Positions 43,931 through 52,100 of a DNA stretch of 64,000 bases are shown one piece after another. Position numbers and translations under genes: made by a program. The notes under the pieces were generated by a model. It was not told the origin of the DNA and did not search any database. It saw only the letters and a list, made by a program, of their open reading frames with translations. The DNA comes from Bacteroidales bacterium (GTDB lineage: Bacteria > Bacteroidota > Bacteroidia > Bacteroidales > WCHB1-69): contig JAGCXN010000028.1 of the NCBI GenBank assembly GCA_017961265.1, forward strand, positions 77,874-141,873, written 5' to 3'. The stretch's first letter is position 1; each line of letters starts with the position of its first letter.

Positions 43931-45238
43931 ATGAGCTCGTTTATCATTCAAGGCAACACACATTTAGCGGGGACTATCCTTCCACAAGGAGCGAAAAATG
44001 AAGCGCTACAGGTACTATGCGCTGTTCTTCTGACCAACGAAACTGTCCGAATCAGCAATGTCCCCGACATCCGTGATGTCAAGAAACTTATCGAGATATT
44101 GATGGAACTTGGGGTGGCCGTTAACCCGATAGACCGGCACACCTACGAATTTCGCGCCGAAAGTGTCAACTACAACTATCTTCAGTCGGAAGAGTTTGTG
44201 AAGGTGTCGGGAGCCATCCGCGCCTCCATCATGGTGCTGGGACCGCTGTTGGGCCGCTTCCATAAGGCTTACGCAGCGAAACCAGGCGGTGACAAAATTG
44301 GTCTGCGCCCGCTGACAGCACATTTCGAAGGCTTTGAAGCACTTGGTGCCAAATGCCGCTACAATCCCAAAACAACACTTTACGAACTTAGCGCGGACAA
44401 ACTGACGGGAAGATATATTCTGCTGAGCGAAGCTTCTGTTACAGGTACAGCCAATGTGGTAATGGCTGCGGTTCTCGCCTCCGGCACCACCACCATCTTT
44501 AACGCTGCCTGCGAACCCTATTTGTACCAGCTTTGCACTATGCTGAACAAAATGGGAGCGAAAATCAGTGGAATAGGATCCAACTTATTAACTATCAAAG
44601 GTGTAGAAGAATTACATGGCTGCGAACACACCATCCTTCCCGATATGATTGAAGTGGGTAGCTTTATCGGGATGGCCGCCGCCACACAGTCCGGCATCAC
44701 CATCAAAAACTGCGGCGTGCCTCACCTAGGCATCATCCCGTCTGTCTTTACCAAGTTGGGCATCAAATTGGAAATCAAAGGTGACGATATCATCGTTCCT
44801 GAACAGAAACAATACGAAGTGGAAACTAACAGGGACGGTTCCATCCTCACCATTAGCGATGCACCATGGCCTGGTTTCAGTCCTGACCTGCTGAGCATCG
44901 CCCTCGTCACCGCCATCCAAGCAAAAGGCAGCGTGCTCATCCACCAAAAAATGTTCGAAAGCCGCCTGTTTTTCGTCGATACGCTCAAGACGATGGGGGC
45001 ACAAATCATCCTATGCGACCCGCACCGCGCCACCGTAATCGGACTGAATCACAAGTACCGACTGCGCGGCACGACGATGCAGTCGCCCGACATCCGTGCC
45101 GGTGTGGCTCTGCTCATCGCCGCACTTTCCGCCGAAGGTTACAGCCGTATCAACAACTGCGAACAAATCGACCGCGGCTATCAGGACATTGTACAGAGAC
45201 TCAATGCATTGGGTGCCGTCATTATCAGAGAAGACTGA
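43931..45238 (+). CDS. murA: UDP-N-acetylglucosamine 1-carboxyvinyltransferase
   Basis: Starts MSSFIIQGNTHLAGT, 24 nt after a TATGTTTG box. MurA blocks are QGAKNEALQVLCA, the active-site loop KPGGDKIGLRP and C-terminal IDRGY. The active-site Cys is replaced by Asp (see finding). Confidence 0.95.
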   Translation: MSSFIIQGNTHLAGTILPQGAKNEALQVLCAVLLTNETVRISNVPDIRDVKKLIEILMELGVAVNPIDRHTYEFRAESVNYNYLQSEEFVKVSGAIRASIMVLGPLLGRFHKAYAAKPGGDKIGLRPLTAHFEGFEALGAKCRYNPKTTLYELSADKLTGRYILLSEASVTGTANVVMAAVLASGTTTIFNAACEPYLYQLCTMLNKMGAKISGIGSNLLTIKGVEELHGCEHTILPDMIEVGSFIGMAAATQSGITIKNCGVPHLGIIPSVFTKLGIKLEIKGDDIIVPEQKQYEVETNRDGSILTISDAPWPGFSPDLLSIALVTAIQAKGSVLIHQKMFESRLFFVDTLKTMGAQIILCDPHRATVIGLNHKYRLRGTTMQSPDIRAGVALLIAALSAEGYSRINNCEQIDRGYQDIVQRLNALGAVIIRED

Positions 45239-45241
45239 CCC

Positions 45242-46537
45242 ATGCTTACCTGCAACGCCATAACCTATACGCTTGACCACCTCCTGAAGGTGGCTTTCCC
45301 TAATTTTGACCACACCATTGAAACCGATGGCAACCGCGCCGAAGTGCACGTTGCCGGAATAGGTATCGTTTTCCCCATAATGGATAACTCCTCCTATTTG
45401 AAGATGATGGACGGAACATTAGAAACAGAGCTATTGTCAGCCCCTTCCGGCAAAGAAGTCCCTGCCTTCCGATGCTACGGTGAAAACGGTATTTACACCA
45501 CTGAAGATACCACCATCACCCTTCATTACGATTTTGTAAGCCTGCCATTTGTTATGCTTTCACGGGCAGACGAACTGCTCACAGAAGAGCGCGACACGCA
45601 CGGACGTGCATTATACAAGAACAGCATTGCGGCGAAATACGGCCTGATCGATTTTCCCATAGTGGACGAATACGCCCTTATCATTCGCTCAATTATCCAG
45701 AAAGAATTCACTAAAATTCAAATAATTACAAGAAAGCCCACCTTCATCAGCACCCACGATATTGACCTAATCAACCGCTTTGGGAAGTTTTATACCAATA
45801 TGCACACTTTAGCTGCTGACCTGTTCAAGTACCGCAGCTGGGGCATGTTCAAAACTTCAGTGGCACAATATCTTGATTGCCGTCGTGATAAGATGAAAGA
45901 CCCGTACATTCTGGCAGCAGAAATGTTGTTAGAACAGGACATGGCGTCAAAACGTAAGTCCCTGTTCTTCTTCAAGTCGCTGCGCAACGGCGAGCAGGAT
46001 GCCACCTATGACATTTTCGGGGCGCAGGCCACCCATTTGGTGCGTACAATTGCGGAGAGAGGTGGCGAAATCGGGCTACACGGCAGCTATTTCAGCTATG
46101 ACCACTCCAGTCGTTTCAACAAGGAACGGCTTTATCTGGAGAACGTTGCAGAATGTCACATCACCCAAGGACGGCAACACTACCTGCGTTTTGATGTCAG
46201 AAAAACTCCCTCGGTGTGGCAGAACGGCGGGCTCAGCGATGACTACACCCTTGGTTTTGCTGAACAAGAAGGGTTCCGCTGCGGCACCTGCCACCCTTAC
46301 TCACTATACGACATAGCCAATGACAAGCCTCTCTCTGTAACAGAGCACCCACTCATTGCAATGGACGGAACCTTCCAACAATATCGGGGACTCACACCAC
46401 AACAGGCACTACAAAAAATTCGCCAACTACACGCCACATGCGAGGCGGTGGAAGGCGACTTTATCTTATTATGGCACAACACCTTCGTATGGAGAGAATA
46501 TTACCCCTGGTACGAAGGTGTGTTTATGCAGCTGTAA
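45242..46537 (+). CDS. hypothetical protein, possibly polysaccharide-deacetylase-like
   Basis: 431-aa ORF starting 3 nt after the murA stop. Weak NodB-like hints (STHDIDL, GLHGSY, RQHYLRF). Family assignment is uncertain. Confidence 0.45.
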   Translation: MLTCNAITYTLDHLLKVAFPNFDHTIETDGNRAEVHVAGIGIVFPIMDNSSYLKMMDGTLETELLSAPSGKEVPAFRCYGENGIYTTEDTTITLHYDFVSLPFVMLSRADELLTEERDTHGRALYKNSIAAKYGLIDFPIVDEYALIIRSIIQKEFTKIQIITRKPTFISTHDIDLINRFGKFYTNMHTLAADLFKYRSWGMFKTSVAQYLDCRRDKMKDPYILAAEMLLEQDMASKRKSLFFFKSLRNGEQDATYDIFGAQATHLVRTIAERGGEIGLHGSYFSYDHSSRFNKERLYLENVAECHITQGRQHYLRFDVRKTPSVWQNGGLSDDYTLGFAEQEGFRCGTCHPYSLYDIANDKPLSVTEHPLIAMDGTFQQYRGLTPQQALQKIRQLHATCEAVEGDFILLWHNTFVWREYYPWYEGVFMQL

Positions 46538-46551
46538 TCAGTAAAACTTCC

Positions 46552-47832
46552 CTATTTCAAACCAAACGCTTTCTTGATGGGTTCCACATAATCCAGTTTC
46601 TCCCAACCGAAGAAGGTGACTTTCTTGTACGTTTTGCCGTCCTTCTTCTCGTAGGTGTCGGCATCCTTGTAAAAGACCTCCACCTCCTTGGTTTCGCACT
46701 TACGTCCGAAGTGGCCATAAGAAGATGTGGGACGGTAGATCGGGTTGGTGAGCTGGAACCGCTCACAGATGGCGTACGGGGTCATGTCGAAAATCGTGCT
46801 GATTTTTTGGGCAATGTCACCGTCGCTCATCTTCACCTTGGACGTACCGTAGGTGTTGACATAAAAACCGACCGGCTTGGCCACACCGATGGCATAGGAG
46901 ACCTGCACCAGCACCTTGTCGCACAGCTTGGCGGCGACCATGTTCTTGGCGATGTGGCGGGCGGCATACGCTGCAGAACGGTCCACCTTCGACGGATCCT
47001 TGCCGGAGAAGGCGCTGCCGCCGTGTGCTCCGTGACCGCCGTAAGTGTCCACAATGATTTTGCGTCCCGTGAGGCCGGTGTCGCCGTGCGGTCCGCCGAT
47101 GACGAACTTGCCCGTCGGGTTGACGAACAGGTCGTACTTGGAATCAAACAGTTTCTGTGATTTGGCGGGAAGTTTGGCAATCACGCGCGGGAGGAGGATT
47201 TTCTCCACATCCCTGCGGATGTCGGCCAGCATCTTCTTCTCGCTCTTGTCGAAATCGTCGTGCTGGGTGGAGATGACGATGGCGGAAATGCGCTCCGGCT
47301 TGCCGTCGTCGCTGTATTGCAGCGTCACCTGCGACTTCGCATCAGGACGGAGGTAGGTCATCTCTTTGCCTTCACGTCGGATGGCCGACAGCTCCTGCAA
47401 AATGAGGTGCGCCAAGTCAATGGTGAGCGGCATGTAGTTCGCGGTTTCATTGCAGGCATAGCCAAACATCATCCCCTGGTCGCCAGCACCCTGTTCCTCC
47501 GCCGTCTTGCGATCCACCCCTTGGTTGATGTCGGGGGACTGCCGATGGATGGCGGAAATGACGGCACACGACTTCGCGTCAAACTGGTAGTCGCTTTTCT
47601 TGTAGCCGATTTCATGGACGACTTTTCTTGCGACATCGTCAATGGAGACGTAGCCTTTGGTGCTGACTTCGCCGGCGCAGACTACGAGTCCGGTAGTAAC
47701 TAATGTTTCGCAAGCCACTCTGGAGTTGGGGTCCTGTGCAAGGAACGCATCCAACAGAGCGTCTGAAATTTGGTCGCTGACTTTGTCAGGATGCCCTTCA
47801 GATACTGATTCTGACGTAAACAGATAGCTCAT
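46552..47832 (-). CDS. metK: S-adenosylmethionine synthase (methionine adenosyltransferase)
   Basis: 426-aa [65 protein letters not shown]. Confidence 0.97.
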   Translation of the reverse strand: MSYLFTSESVSEGHPDKVSDQISDALLDAFLAQDPNSRVACETLVTTGLVVCAGEVSTKGYVSIDDVARKVVHEIGYKKSDYQFDAKSCAVISAIHRQSPDINQGVDRKTAEEQGAGDQGMMFGYACNETANYMPLTIDLAHLILQELSAIRREGKEMTYLRPDAKSQVTLQYSDDGKPERISAIVISTQHDDFDKSEKKMLADIRRDVEKILLPRVIAKLPAKSQKLFDSKYDLFVNPTGKFVIGGPHGDTGLTGRKIIVDTYGGHGAHGGSAFSGKDPSKVDRSAAYAARHIAKNMVAAKLCDKVLVQVSYAIGVAKPVGFYVNTYGTSKVKMSDGDIAQKISTIFDMTPYAICERFQLTNPIYRPTSSYGHFGRKCETKEVEVFYKDADTYEKKDGKTYKKVTFFGWEKLDYVEPIKKAFGLK

Positions 47833-47951
47833 AATTAAAATATTACAAGGTTAATAAATTAGTTCTAACGAAAAAGGCGGGAAAAACTCAATGTTTTAGC
47901 ATTTTTTAATGTGGTTGCAATCATTACAAATCTTTCCACTTTTTCGTGCGG
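47833..47951 (-). promoter_or_regulatory. metK 5' leader, candidate SAM-responsive riboswitch (SAM-II/V-like pseudoknot?)
   Basis: About 110-nt leader. Minus-strand RNA ...GUGGAAAGAUUUGUAAUGAUUGCAACCACAUUAAAAAAUGCUAAAACAUUG... contains the helices UAAUG/CAUUA or GUGG/CCAC, and loop bases (GCA, AAUG) are complementary to the 3' A-rich AAAUGCUAAAACAUU tail. Confidence 0.3.
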
Positions 47952-47959
47952 CAAAAGTA
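47952..47959 (-). promoter_or_regulatory. -7 promoter box TACTTTTG (minus strand)
   Basis: 119 nt upstream of the metK ATG (47832), which is a long leader. Confidence 0.55.
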
Positions 47960-48012
47960 CCACTTTATTTAGGAATAAAGTGCTTTATTGGAAAATATTT
48001 TCTGATTGAAAA

Positions 48013-48999
48013 TCAGTATTTTAAAGCGTCTTCACACTCTTTGACGGTCAAGGCGGCCATCAATTTGAGCTTGGTTTCCTTAAAATGTGGTATTCCCTTG
48101 AAGTAGCCGCCGTACTGTTTGCGCATTTCGAGCACGGCCGGACGTTCGCCTTTGATTTCGGCCGCGTCACGCAGGTGCTTGAGGCAAACCGACACCCGCT
48201 CCTCGTAGGTGACGGACGGCACCTCCTCCCCTGCCAGCACGCTCTTGATTTCCCTGAAGATGAAGGGATTTCCTATCGCCGCACGCCCGACCATCACGCC
48301 GTCCACCCCGTAGCAGTCGCGATACGCAGCCACCTTCTCGCCGGAGTCGAGGTCTCCGTTGCCGACGATGGGGATGGTCATCCGCGGGTTCTTCTTGATC
48401 TCGCCGATGAGGGTCCAGTCGGCGGTGCCGCTGTACATCTGCGAGCGGGTGCGGCCGTGCACCGACAGCATCTGCACGCCCACGTCCTGCAGCATCTCCG
48501 CTACTTCCACAATCGGCTTGTTGAGTTCCTCCCAGCCGAGGCGGGTTTTGACCGTCACGGGCAGCGGCACCGCCTTCACCACGGCGGCGGTCAGGCGCAC
48601 CATCTTGGGGATGTCCTTCAGGATGGCCGCGCCGGCCCCCTTCGACACCACCTTCTTCACGGGACAGCCCCAGTTGATATCGACGAAATCGGGCCGTTGC
48701 TCCGCCGCAATTTCGGCGGCACGGCGCAGCGACTCCTCGTCGTAACCGAAAATCTGGATGCCGAACGGCCGCTCCGAATCGTCGAACGCCATCTTCTTGC
48801 GGCTCTTCTCCACATCCCGTATCAGTGCCTCCGACGACACGAACTCCGAAATCACGACATCCGCGCCGTACGACTTGCAGATTCGGCGGAACGACGCGTC
48901 CGTCACCTCCTCCATCGGGGCGAGGAACACAGGGAAATCGGTTGTGGGAAACGGGAATACGGGCATCTTTCTGTATTTATTTACCTGTAATGGCGCCAT
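48013..48999 (-). CDS. dusB: tRNA-dihydrouridine synthase
   Basis: 328-aa ORF. FLAPMEEVTD, DINWGCPVKKV (catalytic Cys), HGRTR. Confidence 0.85.
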   Translation of the reverse strand: MAPLQVNKYRKMPVFPFPTTDFPVFLAPMEEVTDASFRRICKSYGADVVISEFVSSEALIRDVEKSRKKMAFDDSERPFGIQIFGYDEESLRRAAEIAAEQRPDFVDINWGCPVKKVVSKGAGAAILKDIPKMVRLTAAVVKAVPLPVTVKTRLGWEELNKPIVEVAEMLQDVGVQMLSVHGRTRSQMYSGTADWTLIGEIKKNPRMTIPIVGNGDLDSGEKVAAYRDCYGVDGVMVGRAAIGNPFIFREIKSVLAGEEVPSVTYEERVSVCLKHLRDAAEIKGERPAVLEMRKQYGGYFKGIPHFKETKLKLMAALTVKECEDALKY

Positions 49000-49002
49000 A
49001 TT

Positions 49003-49028
49003 ATGATGTCTCTACAAAACGACATCAT
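49003..49028. repeat. hairpin containing the GTAGAGAC word (variant arrangement)
   Basis: ATGATGTC-TCTACAAAAC-GACATCAT between manA and dusB. The manA stop codon lies in the right arm. Confidence 0.6.
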
Positions 49029-49999
49029 CCTATATACACCTCCAGCATTTTCGTACGGCCTTCGGGTACCATCGCCAATTCAGTGGCGATGGCCGGCACC
49101 AGCATCACCTCGCCCTTCGTCAGCCGCTGCGCCTCGCCTTCATAAACCACATTGGCGCTTCCTTCCAGACAGACATAAATCACGAACGAGTCAATCTTGG
49201 CATAGACCTTTTCGAGGGTTTTGTCAAATTCTATCACATTGACATTAAACTGGTTGCAGTTAATCACAGGGACGGTTTTGTTCAACGCCTTTTCGTAATC
49301 GACTTTATAGGCCGTCTTATCGTCGAAGTGAAGTGCGTCCTCCGCTTCGAGGGTGTGGAGTTGCCGTCCTTTCCCGTCGCTGCCGACACGGTTCCAGTCG
49401 AAGATGCGGTAGGTCACGTCCGACGACTGCTGGATTTCCGCCACCATCACGCCTTTGCCGAGGGCGTGGACCGTACCCGCCGGGATAAAGAACACATCAC
49501 CGGGCTTCGCAGGATAGAAGACCAGCAGGCTATCCACCGTACCGTCGGCCACTGTCTGAAGGTACTGCTGTTTCGTAACGCCCTCTTTGAAACCGACATA
49601 GAGTCCGCTGCCCGCGTCCGCGTCCACCACATACCACATCTCGGTTTTACCGTTGGTGCCATGGCGCAACGCGGCCAGCTCATCGTCGGGATGCACCTGC
49701 ACCGAGAGGTCGTCCTGCGCGTCGATGAACTTGACCAGTAGCGGGAAGTCGTTGCCGTAGCGGTCGAACACCTTCTCCCCTACCATGTCGCCCATATAGA
49801 TTTCGACCAGTTCGGAGAGGGTGTTTTCGGCCAAGATGCCGTCGGACACCTCCGACTCCTTGCCGGAGATGCCGGAAAGTTCCCAACTTTCGCCGCAGTT
49901 GGCCAACTTTCCGATATTTTTTCCAAGAAGTTTCTCAATTTTGTGCCCGCCCCAGATTTTCTCAAAGAACAGCGGACGGAATTTCAACGGGTATAACAT
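49025..49999 (-). CDS. manA: type I mannose-6-phosphate isomerase
   Basis: 324-aa ORF. MLYPLKFRPLFFEKIWGG, zinc-ligand blocks SVQVHPDD and GTVHALG. Confidence 0.8.
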   Translation of the reverse strand: MLYPLKFRPLFFEKIWGGHKIEKLLGKNIGKLANCGESWELSGISGKESEVSDGILAENTLSELVEIYMGDMVGEKVFDRYGNDFPLLVKFIDAQDDLSVQVHPDDELAALRHGTNGKTEMWYVVDADAGSGLYVGFKEGVTKQQYLQTVADGTVDSLLVFYPAKPGDVFFIPAGTVHALGKGVMVAEIQQSSDVTYRIFDWNRVGSDGKGRQLHTLEAEDALHFDDKTAYKVDYEKALNKTVPVINCNQFNVNVIEFDKTLEKVYAKIDSFVIYVCLEGSANVVYEGEAQRLTKGEVMLVPAIATELAMVPEGRTKMLEVYIG

Positions 50000-50024
50000 A
50001 GTGAATAGGGTTCAGGGGACAGGG

Positions 50025-50045
50025 GTTAGGAGTTAGGAGTTAGTG
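50025..50045 (+). repeat. heptamer array (GTTAGGA)x2.5
   Basis: gttagga gttagga gttagtg. Confidence 0.8.
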
Positions 50046-50060
50046 GGTAAGAGGTAAAAG

Positions 50061-50088
50061 GTAGGAAGTAGGAAGTAGGAAGTAGGAG
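50061..50088 (+). repeat. heptamer array (GTAGGAA)x4
   Basis: gtaggaa gtaggaa gtaggaa gtaggag. Confidence 0.9.
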
Positions 50089-50120
50089 GTAGTATGGCAG
50101 AGGGAATCGTGCGTAGGGAA

Positions 50121-50148
50121 CCTTCTACTTTATACCTTCTACTTTCTA
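50121..50148 (+). repeat. 14-nt unit (CCTTCTA CTTTMTA)x2
   Basis: ccttcta ctttata ccttcta ctttcta. The first 14 nt are identical to 42127-42140. Confidence 0.85.
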
Positions 50149-50164
50149 CACCCGATTTGGGGTG

Positions 50165-50172
50165 CAAAGGTA
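50165..50172 (-). promoter_or_regulatory. -7 promoter box TACCTTTG (minus strand)
   Basis: 165 nt upstream of the manA ATG (49999). The leader is built of heptamer arrays. Confidence 0.5.
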
Positions 50173-50252
50173 CGACTATTTGCTGGATTTGAAAACAGCG
50201 AAATTTTGCACAGAAAAAAAAAGGAAAAGTTCGTTATCTATGCGAATTTATG

Positions 50253-50260
50253 TAATTTTG
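50253..50260 (+). promoter_or_regulatory. -7 promoter box TAATTTTG
   Basis: Ends 21 nt before ATG 50282. Confidence 0.5.
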
Positions 50261-50281
50261 CAACCATAAACGGTCAGCATT

Positions 50282-51700
50282 ATGAGAAAAAACAAAATGA
50301 ACAAGCTCGTTGCATTGCCGGTGGGAATCTTTCTCTGCCTCCTTTTGCTGTTCTGCGAAACGGTCAAGGCCATCTCTATTCCCAGCTATAGACATGTCGT
50401 AACGGTCTATTCGCAAAACAAGAACTACAAAGCCATCACTTTCCCCTATTCTCGAATTGAGGAGTCGTGCTGGGGGAGGACCAACGTATATGACGAAAAA
50501 AATTCCACTTTTTTGTACACCATCCCAGAATGTTTGACGGAAGGCTATCTTTTTATCAGCAACGACGGAACGACGGTGGCACATGTTCTGGACTGGGAAT
50601 ACGGAAGTGACACTTCCCAATATATCACCCACGTTGTCAGTTTGTACCGAAATGGGAAGGTACTGCGGCGCATCTCCCTGAATGAGCTGATTCATTGCGA
50701 TACCTGCGAACAACGCCTGTTCTTTTCCGATTTCATACTGGAAAAGGAAGATGGGAGAATCCAGTACATCCACTCCCATCAATCCTCTCAACGAGAAAAG
50801 GTATTGGCCGATAAGCCCGTCTTCCTGTATAATGATACGGTTTTCATCTACACTTCCACGCGCCGTCTAATCAAATTGTATCTCCCAACTGGGCAGTTCG
50901 TGGAGACAGATTTCGACACTTTTACGCTGGAACAGTTGTCAGAGATGCCAGACACAGAACGGAAACTGGTGGAGTTCAAAAATCCTATAGCACATGCTTT
51001 TCTGAAATATGACGATAGTCTCCACGGAGTAGAAAATGCCTTGGCACGGGTTTTAAACATGAAGAATGATGAGGAGGAAGGGAATAACCGTGATAAATAC
51101 AAGTACTACCGGATTTATGCTTTGCTGCGAATCGACAGGGAAGGAGTTGCCACCATCATTGAGATGGAGAACAAGGACAGTTTGCCAGATGCTGCTCTTC
51201 GTGAGGCCATCTTGGGACTGGAATATGCATTCCCTGCTCAACTTCCAGACGATATAGATTTATGGTGTAAGGAAATTTACGCTTTCTTGCGGAAAAGCGA
51301 CAACCGGATTGCGGCCAAGGAGAGAAAGATACAACGAAAACAGGAGTATGAAGCCTATCTGCAACGCCTGACCGCCGATACCATCAACGGCATTTACATC
51401 CCCCGAAACATCGAGGAGTGCTTTCTCCAGCTTGACACACTACTGTCGGCACATTTGCGGAACCTCATCCTTAACTCCAAAAGCATCAAAGAGATTGACG
51501 GACTCCATTTTGGTCCGGGAATGTGGATCCGCAACAACTGGGGGTTGTGGGGCGGCTCCCGCTTGCAGACCTACCTGCTCAAACGCGGTCTCAACCACCC
51601 CGATGAGATGTCCGGTGTCATCTTTGACTACTACTGGGACTACCTCCACGGCATCAACGAGCGATGGCTGGAGTTTGACGCCAAGCAAACCAAGCCATAG
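50282..51700 (+). CDS. hypothetical secreted protein
   Basis: 472-aa ORF, 21 nt after a TAATTTTG box, with a signal peptide. The only recognisable block is the C-terminal GLHFGPGMWIRNNWGLWGGSRL...HPDEMSGVIFDYYW (DUF-type domain). Confidence 0.6.
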   Translation: MRKNKMNKLVALPVGIFLCLLLLFCETVKAISIPSYRHVVTVYSQNKNYKAITFPYSRIEESCWGRTNVYDEKNSTFLYTIPECLTEGYLFISNDGTTVAHVLDWEYGSDTSQYITHVVSLYRNGKVLRRISLNELIHCDTCEQRLFFSDFILEKEDGRIQYIHSHQSSQREKVLADKPVFLYNDTVFIYTSTRRLIKLYLPTGQFVETDFDTFTLEQLSEMPDTERKLVEFKNPIAHAFLKYDDSLHGVENALARVLNMKNDEEEGNNRDKYKYYRIYALLRIDREGVATIIEMENKDSLPDAALREAILGLEYAFPAQLPDDIDLWCKEIYAFLRKSDNRIAAKERKIQRKQEYEAYLQRLTADTINGIYIPRNIEECFLQLDTLLSAHLRNLILNSKSIKEIDGLHFGPGMWIRNNWGLWGGSRLQTYLLKRGLNHPDEMSGVIFDYYWDYLHGINERWLEFDAKQTKP

Positions 51701-51873
51701 GGACGGTGTCATACCATTCTCTTTTCCGCGGCAGCATCTGCGGTATTCTTCCGTTCCTGCCGCCCGTGCCGCGGGCTGGCACGCAAGCCATCGCCTCCCC
51801 CATACTGCGGTGTCACGTCGTTCCACCTTGTAAGGGGTTACTGAAATCTCACCCCTCCGGGGTGAAGGCGGCA

Positions 51874-51918
51874 GGGGATTCCGTCACTCGCTACGCTCGC
51901 GACGGAATGGTGACCACC
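51874..51918 (+). repeat. REP-like palindromic unit C (orientation opposite to units A and B)
   Basis: GGGGATTCCGTC-N15-GACGGAATGGTGACCACC. 8-bp stem ATTCCGTC/GACGGAAT. Confidence 0.7.
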
Positions 51919-51935
51919 AAGCAACTAACATAATA

Positions 51936-51983
51936 GGGAGAGGGGCGGGCGGCACAGCCGTCCGCCCCTCTCCCCTCTTTTTT
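51936..51983 (+). terminator. very strong intrinsic terminator 236 nt downstream of the nearest + strand stop codon
   Basis: 17-bp GC-rich stem GGGAGAGGGGCGGGCGG / CCGTCCGCCCCTCTCCC (one G-T pair), 5-nt loop, then CTCTTTTTT. Confidence 0.8.
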
Positions 51984-51987
51984 CTCC

Positions 51988-52032
51988 CGTCAACCGCCAC
52001 CATTCCGCGGACCAAAGGGAGGCAGAATCTCC
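51988..52032 (-). repeat. REP-like palindromic unit B
   Basis: + strand reads CGTCAACCGCCACCATTCCGCGGACCAAAGGGAGGCAGAATCTCC. Imperfect internal hairpin. Confidence 0.7.
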
Positions 52033-52057
52033 CGCTACCCCGCCATAGGTATGTTAT

Positions 52058-52100
52058 CGTCAATCACCATTCCGCGGACCGTCAGGGCCGCGGAATCTCC
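52058..52100 (-). repeat. REP-like palindromic unit A
   Basis: + strand reads CGTCAATCACCATTCCGCGGACCGTCAGGGCCGCGGAATCTCC. 9-bp stem ATTCCGCGG/CCGCGGAAT. Touches the nfo stop codon. Confidence 0.75.

Noticed and set aside
43896-43934. 12-codon upstream ORF (MYVCGNLKINTL) whose stop overlaps the murA ATG (ATGA).
   Set aside because: Its start codon lies at or upstream of the murA -7 promoter box (43899-43906), so it would not be on the murA transcript.
48002-48016. Short hairpin CTGATT-GAA-AATCAG at the dusB stop codon as a terminator.
   Set aside because: The stem is only 6 bp and AT-rich, it overlaps the stop codon, and the U-run is weak. This is not enough to call a terminator.
51432-51933. 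Small ORFs in and around the GC-rich spacer (133 aa on +, 128 aa on -, 75 aa at 51706-51933).
   Set aside because: The first two mostly overlap the 3' end of the well-supported 472-aa gene in other frames. The third is made of the palindromic repeat units themselves. None has start signals or recognisable motifs. The region is better explained as non-coding repeats.
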